Positions 1-8,703 of a stretch of 64,000 nt of DNA are shown here, piece after piece. How positions within the stretch are numbered: position 1 is the first letter of the stretch; every line of letters starts with the position of its first letter. The notes below the pieces were generated by a model that was given only the letters and a program-made list of their open reading frames with translations, did no database searches and was not told where the DNA came from. The stretch spans positions 24,657 to 88,656 of the forward strand of contig CALWKF010000004.1 of assembly GCA_944381215.1 (NCBI GenBank), in the 5' to 3' direction. Position numbers and translations under genes: made by a program. The DNA comes from an uncultured Clostridia bacterium. GTDB lineage: Bacteria > Bacillota > Clostridia > Christensenellales > UBA1242.

Positions 1-347
1 TTTAATACGGCGCGCTTTGAAAACTCGCCAGGGGTAGCCATGCGCGCGCCAGCCGAGATTAAGGCATTAATAACCGCGTTGCTTAGGTAAAAACCCCCGT
101 GAATTTGCAGTTCAACTACATCTTCGCCCGTAAAACTTTTGGGTGCTGGGAAGTACAGCGCAATTGCCTCATCTATAACCCCGCTAAATTCGAGTTTACC
201 AAAAATTGCGCGCCTGGGTTCCGCATGCTCGAGCGCGGGGAAAATCTGCCGAGCCACATCTAAGGCCTCCGCTCCGCTAACTCGAATTATCGCGACCCCG
301 CCCGTGCCAATTGGCGTTGCGATTGCGCAAATCGTTTCTTTTTCCAT
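1..347 (-). CDS. mnmE: tRNA modification GTPase MnmE/TrmE, N-terminal part (gene continues beyond the left edge)
   Basis: Minus-strand frame is open to position 1. The ATG at 345-347 is preceded by GGAGG. Translation MEKETICAIATPIGTGGVAIIRVSG...FTGEDVVELQIHGG...ATPGEFSKRA matches the MnmE N-terminal domain. It is absent from the ORF track because no stop lies in the window. Confidence 0.85.
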   Translation of the reverse strand, partial: MEKETICAIATPIGTGGVAIIRVSGAEALDVARQIFPALEHAEPRRAIFGKLEFSGVIDEAIALYFPAPKSFTGEDVVELQIHGGFYLSNAVINALISAGARMATPGEFSKRAVL

Positions 348-593
348 TTTGCCTCCTTATTAATTTTTCAATTTAATTATCTTTATATATTAATCAAATT
401 AAATAAAAATATCAAACTAATTAAATAAATTAATCAATTTTTCAGTCCGTTTTTTAATATTTATATATTCATTATAATATATAATATAAATAATTTAATA
501 AATGAAAATAAATACTAAAATTTATAATAAATAAAAAGCAATTTATTTTTAAAATAATTTATTCAAAAAATAATATATAAAATTTTTGTAAAT

Positions 594-627
594 AAAAAGT
601 GCGCGACGGACGTTTTAGTCGCACACA
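594..627 (-). terminator. Rho-independent terminator downstream of the 632-931 gene
   Basis: Hairpin GTGCGCGAC(599-607)/GTCGCACAC(618-626) is followed by a T-run on the minus strand. The stem resembles the GTGTGCGAC module of the mosaic repeats. Confidence 0.5.
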
Positions 628-631
628 TTTA

Positions 632-931
632 TTACATCTTGCCAAAACGATAATTTGGTAAACTGTTTTCTTGCAACTCTATTTGGTGGCGAATTTCCTC
701 ATCCGTAAGTTCGGGCTCCACCTCTAACTTTTCAGCGATAGAAGCGATTACGCGCGCCTCTTCGCGAAGCAGTATGTTGCTCCGTTCTATCAACGTCTCG
801 AGCGAGCTTTGGCCCTTAACCAGGGTGCTTTGAGTCGTCTTTATGTCTTCAATCTCTTGTTTAAGTGCGATAATTTCCTTTGCCAGTACCACCTGGTTTG
901 ATAAAATTTGCTTTAACATGTCTGGAATCAT
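632..931 (-). CDS. Hypothetical small coiled-coil protein
   Basis: ORF-track frame. I prefer the internal ATG (MIPDML...) because GGGAGGG lies just upstream. The sequence has heptad-like E/K/L/I richness and I recognise no family. Confidence 0.5.
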   Translation of the reverse strand: MIPDMLKQILSNQVVLAKEIIALKQEIEDIKTTQSTLVKGQSSLETLIERSNILLREEARVIASIAEKLEVEPELTDEEIRHQIELQENSLPNYRFGKM

Positions 932-1100
932 TTTTCCCTCCCTGCGCACATAGGGTAGATTTATATAATATTATATTATGTCTACAAAGTGCTAAACATT
1001 TATTTTATTTTACCAAATTTTTGCGATTTTGTCAATAGTAACTTTTATTTGTATTTTTCGCGAATTTTTTGGAATTTTTTAAATATTTTTCGTTATTTAT

Positions 1101-1130
1101 TTGCTATTTTTTTGTATTTTAAGATATAAT
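1101..1130 (+). promoter_or_regulatory. Putative sigma-A type promoter for the 1179 gene
   Basis: TTGCTA, an 18-nt spacer, then TATAAT, about 45 nt upstream of the ATG. Confidence 0.4.
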
Positions 1131-1178
1131 AATAATTAGATAAAAAGCGCAACTATTCTAAATTAAGAAAGGGGAATT

Positions 1179-3887
1179 ATGAGTAAGAAAAATATGACCG
1201 TAGATGAAAACGGTGTGCAGATTAAGACCGTAGTAAAAAAGCGCGGTGGAGTCGGTGCCTTTTTTTGTGGCTTCTTTTTCTGCCTGTTTTTTATAATCGT
1301 GTCCGTTGTAGGCTTGGGGCTATATTGCTACTACAATGTAACACTGTCTAGCGTGGAGCGACTCTTAGGGGTAACTATCCCGCTCGAGGGTACGTATAAA
1401 GATTTGGCTCTAAAAGAATTGATTGCCGAAGGCGTCGCTTATCGCGATATCTCCTTATCAGGACTCGAGGAAATTGGCGTGGAATTGCCCGAAAAAATTC
1501 CAGGGACGGAGATTCAACTCACCCCACTATATACCTCAACAATCGACTTTAACGGCGAAAATGTCGCAGTGAACCAAATTCGCATTATCGACATCGCAAA
1601 CGGCCTCGATGAGTTTGTTTCGGCGATTTTGCCCGTGATGTACGGCTACACGACCGTGCAACAAGTGCTCGACACCGCGCAAGTAACTTTACCTACTGAT
1701 TTAGGTTACCCAGCACTTACCGAGCCATATTACAACATTGGCACGGCGGAGCAACCGAGACTCGCGACCCTTGGCGAGCTCACGATTTCCCAAGCACTCG
1801 ACATCTTGCCCCAGCATTACAGCACGGAAAACCTCACTGTTCAAGAGGCTGTGAACGCACTAGGCCTTAGCATCCTCGACGTAGAGGAGGGTGAGGAGGA
1901 TGTCTACGCAGACTTGCGTAGTCTCGCAATCACCTCGATTACTACCGACCTACTGCTTGACAGCGTGGACGGCGCATTTTTAAACAATCTAATCGACCTT
2001 AGCGATTTCCCTTTTGCAACTTCGCCCGAGTTTAACTCGACAAAATTAAGTGGAATGCTCGACTACATTAGAGCTGTTCCCCTAGGCGAGATTATCACGA
2101 TTCCCGAAACCACTCCCGACAGCACCGCGACCGACCGCTTGCTTTCCGCCCTGCGCACCGTAACTTTTACCGATTTGAGTGAGGGCGACATCGTCGAAAA
2201 CATTACCGCAAAAATTGACAAGAACGACCCCGACCTAACCTTAGGCGAGTTCTTGGGAATGGCAGAGAGTAGCAACCTGGCTTTCCTAAACGACATCAGT
2301 TTTACTGAGTTACTCCGCGACCCGAGCACGACCTTGACTGACACTCTAAACACGGTCTACATCGGCGACTTTCTAACTCTCGAGAGCGTAGTACCCGAGG
2401 ACTTTGCCACCACGAACCCCGAGTTCAGCGCAATTCCGCTCGACACTTCACTTAGTAACTTAAAGGCCACAATCGCAGGCCTCACAATCAACCAAATTTT
2501 CATCCCTTCAGAACTATCTTCCCTCGACCTAAGTGTTGAAGAACAGAACATGACCATGCTCGAACTTTTAACCAATCGTGCGGGCGCGACCCTAGGCAGT
2601 ATTCTTAATATCGACGCATCGCGCAGTGGCTACCTATTAGTACTCGCAAATTCGACGAGCGAAAACTTTACCGCAACCCTTGATTCGGCCTCGATTTACG
2701 ATCTTCTGGGTGCCGAAAACGGCCTTTCGACTGTCGCACGGCTTGCGGGCCTGAGTATGCAGGAAATTTCCGAGAGTGAGGACCTAGTTGGCTTGCTTTC
2801 CGAGAACTTTGGGACTTTAGGTGACTTATTAGGCGTAAGTGCTAGCGACGGCGGAATTTTGAGTATCATCGCAAACGTAACTTTTGACGACCTTCTCGGC
2901 GCAAACGCAGGCGACGCAGTCATGAATGCTCTGCGTGGTAGCCAAATGACCTTGGGCGAGATGCTCGAAGGGACCTTCGAGAACCCGATTATCGAGTCAG
3001 TTATGTCTATTGAGGTTGGTGCGCTCTTTGGCGATTCCCCCGAAGATGCCTTTATCACCGCGCTGTCTGGCAACACCTTAGGCGAACTCTTTAACATCAC
3101 CGACAACACTGGTCTAATGTCCTTTATTAAGAATGTGAGCATGGCAGACTTGCTCGGGCAGACCCCAGGCGTAACCCCTGCCGACGCGATTATGAACGCA
3201 ATCTGCGGGACCAATAACGAGGTAACCCTGGCGCAGTTCTTAGGTAGCACCGAAAGCGACGGAATTATGTCCATCATCCAAAACGTGAAAATGGCCGACC
3301 TGCTTAGACCCTCTGGGGACGCGACCGCAGGCGATGCGATTATGAATGCCCTCGCTGGTAGCAACATGACCTTGGGGAGTTTGTTAAACATCGAGAACCC
3401 GACTGGTATCACCGCAATCATTTCAAATTTAAATGTTGGCGACCTCTTTAATGGTAGCGCGAGCGCGACCGAGGCTTTCCAAGGCGTAGTAAACGACATT
3501 AAACTTATAGACGTTTTCCCGAACATCGCAACAGGCGAGGACAGCATTCTAAAAACAATTTACCAAAGCAACCCCGATATTAAAGTTGTAGACCTAGCAA
3601 GCAAAATTGAAGGCCTAACTCTTAAAGATGTTATCGGCGAACAGACTGGAATTTTCTGCCTAATCGACGAGAATAGTTACCAAACTACGAAACTGGGCAA
3701 TCTGTCTACCTTGAAGGCAAAGACCGAAATCAGCATTCAAGACTTGTATAGTGCTGGCGTAGTTACTGAGGGGCAGTTGTCGGAGTTAGAGAGTTTAGGC
3801 GTTGACCCAAGTAGTACGACATTCGCGACAATTATCAATGCCTACATCGACGACCTTCGCACCGCACAAGAGGCAGGCGGTAGTTAA
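1179..3887 (+). CDS. Large acidic membrane-anchored repeat protein, function unknown
   Basis: RBS AAGAAAGGGG precedes the ATG. There is an N-terminal TM helix (GAFFCGFFFCLFFIIVSVVGLGLYCYY). The C-terminal half has ~45-aa degenerate repeats (G-I/L-L/M-S-I-I-x-N-V-x-F/M-x-DLLG ... GDA-V/I-MNAL-x-G-x-M-TLG). All antisense ORFs inside it are composition artefacts. Confidence 0.8.
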   Translation: MSKKNMTVDENGVQIKTVVKKRGGVGAFFCGFFFCLFFIIVSVVGLGLYCYYNVTLSSVERLLGVTIPLEGTYKDLALKELIAEGVAYRDISLSGLEEIGVELPEKIPGTEIQLTPLYTSTIDFNGENVAVNQIRIIDIANGLDEFVSAILPVMYGYTTVQQVLDTAQVTLPTDLGYPALTEPYYNIGTAEQPRLATLGELTISQALDILPQHYSTENLTVQEAVNALGLSILDVEEGEEDVYADLRSLAITSITTDLLLDSVDGAFLNNLIDLSDFPFATSPEFNSTKLSGMLDYIRAVPLGEIITIPETTPDSTATDRLLSALRTVTFTDLSEGDIVENITAKIDKNDPDLTLGEFLGMAESSNLAFLNDISFTELLRDPSTTLTDTLNTVYIGDFLTLESVVPEDFATTNPEFSAIPLDTSLSNLKATIAGLTINQIFIPSELSSLDLSVEEQNMTMLELLTNRAGATLGSILNIDASRSGYLLVLANSTSENFTATLDSASIYDLLGAENGLSTVARLAGLSMQEISESEDLVGLLSENFGTLGDLLGVSASDGGILSIIANVTFDDLLGANAGDAVMNALRGSQMTLGEMLEGTFENPIIESVMSIEVGALFGDSPEDAFITALSGNTLGELFNITDNTGLMSFIKNVSMADLLGQTPGVTPADAIMNAICGTNNEVTLAQFLGSTESDGIMSIIQNVKMADLLRPSGDATAGDAIMNALAGSNMTLGSLLNIENPTGITAIISNLNVGDLFNGSASATEAFQGVVNDIKLIDVFPNIATGEDSILKTIYQSNPDIKVVDLASKIEGLTLKDVIGEQTGIFCLIDENSYQTTKLGNLSTLKAKTEISIQDLYSAGVVTEGQLSELESLGVDPSSTTFATIINAYIDDLRTAQEAGGS

Positions 3888-4249
3888 ATAGCCATAAAAT
3901 ATTAAAAATAAAAAACATCACTAAAATAATAACAAAATTAACTTACTAAAACTAATAAAAACGCAAAATTACCGAAATTTTAAAACTTAAAATTAATGTC
4001 AAAGCCTACTAGTTTGCCCTAATTTTGCCCGAAAAAAGAAAAAATATTGTGCAATATGCCCAATCGCTAATATTTAAGCAAAATTTGTATTACGAATTTG
4101 GTTAAAATCACTTTTAGCCGTTTAAAAGACTTGACCGAATATAATTATTTAGAAAAATAGCCTTAATTATTATGCTTAAAAAGTTGTAATAGTTACTATG
4201 TTTAAAGACGGAAGTTTGACCGAATTTGTTTTTACACAAGGAGAGTGTT

Positions 4250-5947
4250 ATGGAAGAAGAAAGAAAGATTGGTAGACCCAAATCAAAGGTTGCACCCGAG
4301 CCAAAGCGAGCAAGAGGCCGGCCTAGAAAGGCTGAGCCCGCCGAGCCCGAGGTGAAGCGTCCGCGTGGACGGCCGAAAAAGGAGACGGCTGAGCCTGTGT
4401 CCACCGAAAAGCGGGCAAGGGGTAGGCCTAGAAAGTATCCCCCGAAAGACGAAACTGCCGAAAAACGCCCGCGTGGCAGACCCAGAAAGAATGAGGTGAG
4501 GGCAACGACGGAACCCGAGGTTAAACGCCCGAGAGGACGGCCTAAAAAGGAGTTAATTACTGCTGATAAGGCTGTTTTGGAGGGCAATCACCCTTACACC
4601 GACATTCCTCAAAACCCCGTCGCCCCGATATCTCAGTACATCGAGATTCCAACAGCACCCGAGACCGTTCGGGAGGATGTGGACACTGCGGACAAGGCGG
4701 TTCTCGCTAACGGCCACCCGTATGCTGAGGTCGCGCCCGTGCCTAATGTAGACTGGGAGAACGTGGACCTTGACGACGTTTTTGAGGAAATCACCCCGAT
4801 TGAGAAGCCTTACCTCGATACCGAGGACGAGGTGCTCGAAAAGGGCGAGGCCTACAAGCGGTTAAAGGAGCGCGCCACCAGCATTATTGCCAGCAAAGAG
4901 CACGTAAAGCCCGCAAAGCACATGGCGGACAACCTCTTAAAAGACGACCGCCCGCTACCCCCGATTATCGCCACTCCGCCCTTGGCGAAAATGAACATCA
5001 GCACGCCAAAAACTCCCGTAAAAAAGGCCTCGAAGCCCGTGCCAAAGGTCATTTTAAAGGCGAACCCCATGCCGAACATGGTAATCGTTATCACGGGTGC
5101 CACCAGCGGAATGGGTTTTGCTATGGCTAAAAAACTCGCGGGCCTCGGGCACATCGTGATTGCTGTCGGCAGAAAACCAGGTCTCAGTCGCGATGCGCGG
5201 GACGAGATTTTGGACACGTACCCCGACGCAAACATTCACTACTTAATCGCCGATTTGAGCCTCATGAGTCAGGTGCGAATTTTGGCCGAAGAGATTCAGG
5301 AAAAGGTGTTCGAACTCGGGCGCGAGTGCGTCGACTGCATCATCCACAACGCCGCCGAGGACCTGGACGCGAGCAAACTCACCTACGAGAATCTCGAGTA
5401 CATGTGGGCGACAAACTACCTCTCTGTCGTACTGCTCACGAAACTAATTCAGCCTCTGCTCGATGCCTCGCGCAATGCAAAGGTAATCACGTTTACCACG
5501 CGCCGTGCCTCGCAGAGTGCAAAAATAAATTGGAGGTACCTGCGCGACCGCTCGGGCAAGTTTGCCTCAAAAATTTACGAGCAAACGAAACTCGCCGACC
5601 TTATGTTTGCGCTTGAATATGACCATCAACACGCCGACCGTGACGACATTCACGCATATTGTGTTGACCCGGGCAACGTCAACACGACCTTGCGCACGCG
5701 AAATGCTAGCGGAATTCGGCACTTCCACTTCGACTTTTGGCGTAAAAAAGGCAAGTCAATCGAGGACGGAATTAAGACAGCAGTTTATCTAGTGCTGTCG
5801 AAAAATCTTCCAACACACACGGTTTTATACCATGATATGCGTGCGGTGGAGCCTAGCAAGTTCGCGCTTGACCAGGAAAACCGCAAGGCACTTATGAAAG
5901 TTACCGAAATGGAACTTCGCGAAAACAACGAAATTAAAATTAAGTAA
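4250..5947 (+). CDS. AT-hook repeat protein fused to a short-chain dehydrogenase/reductase (SDR) domain
   Basis: ATG at 4250 follows AAGGAGAG. The N-terminus carries six GRP-core AT-hook-like motifs (IGRPKSK, RGRPRKA, RGRPKKE, RGRPRKY, RGRPRKN, RGRPKKE). The C-terminus has the SDR signatures TGATSGMG and YEQTK. Confidence 0.8.
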   Translation: MEEERKIGRPKSKVAPEPKRARGRPRKAEPAEPEVKRPRGRPKKETAEPVSTEKRARGRPRKYPPKDETAEKRPRGRPRKNEVRATTEPEVKRPRGRPKKELITADKAVLEGNHPYTDIPQNPVAPISQYIEIPTAPETVREDVDTADKAVLANGHPYAEVAPVPNVDWENVDLDDVFEEITPIEKPYLDTEDEVLEKGEAYKRLKERATSIIASKEHVKPAKHMADNLLKDDRPLPPIIATPPLAKMNISTPKTPVKKASKPVPKVILKANPMPNMVIVITGATSGMGFAMAKKLAGLGHIVIAVGRKPGLSRDARDEILDTYPDANIHYLIADLSLMSQVRILAEEIQEKVFELGRECVDCIIHNAAEDLDASKLTYENLEYMWATNYLSVVLLTKLIQPLLDASRNAKVITFTTRRASQSAKINWRYLRDRSGKFASKIYEQTKLADLMFALEYDHQHADRDDIHAYCVDPGNVNTTLRTRNASGIRHFHFDFWRKKGKSIEDGIKTAVYLVLSKNLPTHTVLYHDMRAVEPSKFALDQENRKALMKVTEMELRENNEIKIK

Positions 5948-6108
5948 TTTTAAACACACTCCACCCCTTTACGTATTTACTTAACATTTTAGGGCACGTT
6001 TTGTAAATACTTTATTAAAAAAGCGCACTTTCTCTACAAAAAGCGCGCTTTTTTATTTATTTTTGCTTAATTTTTATTGTTTTTTGCATTTTTGCTTAAT
6101 TTTAAAAA

Positions 6109-6813
6109 TTATCTGCAAAATTCGCTAATTTTGTCCTCTTGGTGGGCGGTTTTTTCTCTTTCGATGCGCTTTTGGTCGCGTTCTGTAAGTCTTGCCACCT
6201 CGATTTTTAACTCGCACTCGTCCTCAATAATCATGGATGTGAGTGCGATCCATTCTCGGCGTTTTTGTGAGTGTGGCTTTTTCTCCACGGGCACCAAAAT
6301 AGGCACAGTTGCGACTACGGTGTCCTCTACGGGCGTTTTGTTTGGTGTACCAGGTGTTACAAAAATTTCATCACCCTCGACCCTAGGTGTCGCAGTTGCG
6401 GGGGCCTCTTCTGGCATAAAGATTTCAGCCACACCGTCTTCTATCTCGACCTCTTTTACAGTAAACTTAGTGTTGTCGTCGACAAAGATGTCGCGCGTCT
6501 TTGTAGTGCTCTCGGTGCTGATTACCTTAAACTCCTTACGCGGTGCGAGGCTCGGGTCAGCATAGAGGTTTTGCGCCAAGCTCGACATGCGTTCTAACGG
6601 GATGCCAGCAAAAGTAGCAAACTCAATTTCCTCGTTTGCAGAGTGCACAGCCTCTTTCATCTTGTCGTTCAACTCGTTTGTAACCAGGTTTGTCATGTTC
6701 TTTTCATAGGCGATAATGTTTCGCATCAACTCAATTGTGTGGTCGTGCGCGCCCTCGAAAAGCTCCTCAAACTTTTTTCTAATTGGTTCTGGTATTTGGT
6801 TTTCTTTTTCCAT
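6109..6813 (-). CDS. Hypothetical protein
   Basis: Long ORF with coding-like composition. The ATG (MEKENQ...) is preferred over the upstream GTG. No motif recognised. Confidence 0.6.
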   Translation of the reverse strand: MEKENQIPEPIRKKFEELFEGAHDHTIELMRNIIAYEKNMTNLVTNELNDKMKEAVHSANEEIEFATFAGIPLERMSSLAQNLYADPSLAPRKEFKVISTESTTKTRDIFVDDNTKFTVKEVEIEDGVAEIFMPEEAPATATPRVEGDEIFVTPGTPNKTPVEDTVVATVPILVPVEKKPHSQKRREWIALTSMIIEDECELKIEVARLTERDQKRIEREKTAHQEDKISEFCR

Positions 6814-6960
6814 AATATTCACTCACTTTTAATTTTTATAACCTTATTGTATCACAAATCGACATTTTGTCAAGCCAATTTTTATAATGTCGAATCCGTG
6901 TAAAACAAGCGTGCTAAGCACACATTATATTTTATATGAAAACTTATCAAAACTTTCTAT

Positions 6961-7006
6961 ATATTGAAAGTATTTTATATAATATATTGAAAGTATTTTA
7001 TATAAT
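6961..7006. repeat. Perfect 23-bp tandem duplication (ATATTGAAAGTATTTTATATAAT x2)
   Basis: Read directly from the sequence. It is flanked by TTATCAAAACTTT copies at about 6944 and 7023. Confidence 0.9.
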
Positions 7007-7094
7007 TTAATTAAAATAAAGAATTATCAAAACTTTTTACTAAAAAAATATAATTAAACAAGTGAACTGCCTCTTGTCCTCTTAAAACACTACT

Positions 7095-7640
7095 CAACAA
7101 ACCATAAAGTTGTAGTAGAACAAAGCGGATGAGATTCTTCGTCTCAGGCTTCGAGGGGCGGGCTCAGAATGCCTTCCCGCTTGCGGGAAGTCTGGCGCGT
7201 GAATGATTGGTATAATTAGAAAAGTATGTTCTCGCGCCAGCCCAGTGCCTTATATTATACAAAATATGAACAACTACGCACTCTGAGTCGACCCGCGGTG
7301 CGTAGGTGCACATCCAATCTATTTAGGTCATCCTGAGTGTCGACCCGCGTAAGCCTTCAGACGAAGGATTTATTCCACTTAAAAAATGCTAAAAAACCAT
7401 AAAGTTGTAGTAGGATAAAGCGGATGAGATTCTTCGTCAAGGGGCTACGCGGGGCGGGCTCAGAATGACAGTTATTTAATTGGTTATTGTGAAAGCAGAA
7501 TAGAACGACTTCAAAATGCCTCTATAACTCAGCGCATATAAAAAGCAACAATAGGAACATTTAGCATGACGCTGCCCGGAGGATCTCATTCCTGCCGCTT
7601 AAATTAAACCCACCCCGCGTAAGCCTTCGTAACTCAGCAT
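7095..7640. repeat. Mosaic intergenic repeat locus R1 (several modules, both orientations)
   Basis: A-module GGATGAGATTCTTCGTCTCAGGCTTCGAGGGGCGGGCTCAGAATG lies at 7127-7171 and again at about 7420-7466, with an inverted copy at 7328-7376. CUUG hairpin at 7173-7190. Long hairpin CTGGCGCG(7192-7199)/CGCGCCAG(7233-7240). GGTGCGTAGGTGCAC at 7297-7311. Confidence 0.9.
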
Positions 7641-7681
7641 AAAAAAATAAAAAAGCCGTAGATTATTTAAAATCTAGTGGC
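7641..7681 (-). terminator. Terminator downstream of tRNA-Arg
   Basis: On the minus strand, hairpin GCCACTAGATT...AATCTACGGC is followed by TTTTTTATTTTTTT. Confidence 0.6.
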
Positions 7682-7684
7682 TAG

Positions 7685-7759
7685 TGGTACGCCCAGAGAG
7701 AATCGAACTCTCATTAAAAGCTCCGGAAACTTTCGTGTTATCCGTTACACTATGGGCGC
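7685..7759 (-). tRNA. tRNA-Arg (anticodon CCG)
   Basis: Reverse complement is GCGCCCA TA GTGT AACGGATA ACAC G AAAGT TTCCGGA GCTTT TAAT GAGAG TTCGATT CTCTC TGGGCGT A CCA. This gives a full cloverleaf with a TTCGATT T-loop and encoded CCA. Anticodon loop is TT-CCG-GA. Confidence 0.93.
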
Positions 7760-7767
7760 GTGTTTTA

Positions 7768-7796
7768 ATTATATAATGAATTCGCAATTTTTTCAA
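7768..7796 (-). promoter_or_regulatory. Consensus promoter for tRNA-Arg
   Basis: On the minus strand, TTGAAA, a 17-nt spacer, then TATAAT, ending 7 nt before the first tRNA base. Confidence 0.7.
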
Positions 7797-7876
7797 GTAT
7801 TATGCCACTTTTTTCGGCTTTTAGTTTGAAAAATTCAGCTATTGTGATATAATTTAAAAAAATTCAAGGAGTTGTT

Positions 7877-8443
7877 ATGGACGGACTCGGCATTGCAATG
7901 GTGGTGATTTTTTGTGTGCTCACGGCGGGCTTGGGTACTTTGTTAGGCTTTTACATCCGCGCAATTTTCTTAAATGCCAGTAGACAGACGCCTGTGCAGT
8001 TTACGGTAAAAATGCCTTTGTGGTACATAATTTTCGCGTTTATTGGGTATGTCTTGGCCCTCTTTGTGGTAGTCGCGCTGACGACCTTTTGGACCGTCGA
8101 CGTTCATCCCGCCACATATGTGATTTTTGCGGTATTGTCCGCAGTTTTCGCGCTCATAATGGTGATTATGATGTTTATTCGCATCGAGGTGCGGGGCGAA
8201 AATATAACCGTGTTTAACCTCACAGGCAAGCATCCCTACCGTCTAGACAGCCTTACCGAAAAGCGCGAGATAAACGGTTCGTTTGGGTTGGCTTTTTATG
8301 TAAAAGACAAGCGCGTTTTCAAGGCCAATGCGTACTGCACGGGGTATGAGTATTTAGTAAAATACACCGAAAATGTTCCGCTCTATGAATTTAAACCGCG
8401 CAAGGAATTTCATACGATTAAGCGCGATAATGACGAAAAATAG
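7877..8443 (+). CDS. Hypothetical membrane protein (3 predicted TM helices plus a soluble C-terminus)
   Basis: RBS AAGGAG precedes the ATG. Hydrophobic segments are present and no family is recognised. Confidence 0.65.
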   Translation: MDGLGIAMVVIFCVLTAGLGTLLGFYIRAIFLNASRQTPVQFTVKMPLWYIIFAFIGYVLALFVVVALTTFWTVDVHPATYVIFAVLSAVFALIMVIMMFIRIEVRGENITVFNLTGKHPYRLDSLTEKREINGSFGLAFYVKDKRVFKANAYCTGYEYLVKYTENVPLYEFKPRKEFHTIKRDNDEK

Positions 8444-8526
8444 CGATTTTTTACGATTTTTTTATTAAATTTTAGCGTATTTTAATGCTTTTTGGTGTTA
8501 TAGTGCGCTTTTTTGTTTGTTTATAA

Positions 8527-8606
8527 TGACCAAATTTGGTCATTTTTTATTCTATCATAACCGAATTTGGTTAGTTGTTTTTATTATTTTTGACCGAATT
8601 TGGTTA
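8527..8606. promoter_or_regulatory. Three copies of a 16-bp palindromic operator-like site
   Basis: TGACCAAATTTGGTCA at 8527-8542 (perfect palindrome), TAACCGAATTTGGTTA at 8558-8573 and TGACCGAATTTGGTTA at 8591-8606. Centres are spaced 31 and 33 bp apart. Confidence 0.6.
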
Positions 8607-8644
8607 CTATTTACCACCAGTAACTATAATTTTAATATAGGGTA

Positions 8645-8673
8645 TTGAAAGTATCGCAAAAGTATGATATAAT
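8645..8673 (+). promoter_or_regulatory. Consensus extended -10 promoter for the 8704 gene
   Basis: TTGAAA (8645-8650), a 17-nt spacer, then TATAAT (8668-8673) preceded by TGa. Confidence 0.7.
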
Positions 8674-8703
8674 AAAATTATAAAAACAAAAAGGAAGAAA
8701 AAA

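Noticed and set aside
2063-3547. Three antisense ORFs (2063-2353, 2357-2575, 2696-3547) within the 902-aa repeat-protein gene
   Set aside because: They are mirror-frame artefacts of a long repetitive sense ORF. Their products are S/P/A-rich nonsense and they have no RBSs.
4114-4587. 157-aa antisense ORF over the AT-hook repeats
   Set aside because: It is the reverse complement of the GRPRK-coding repeats (giving GRPLGR-type repeats). The sense frame has an RBS and continues into a bona fide SDR domain.
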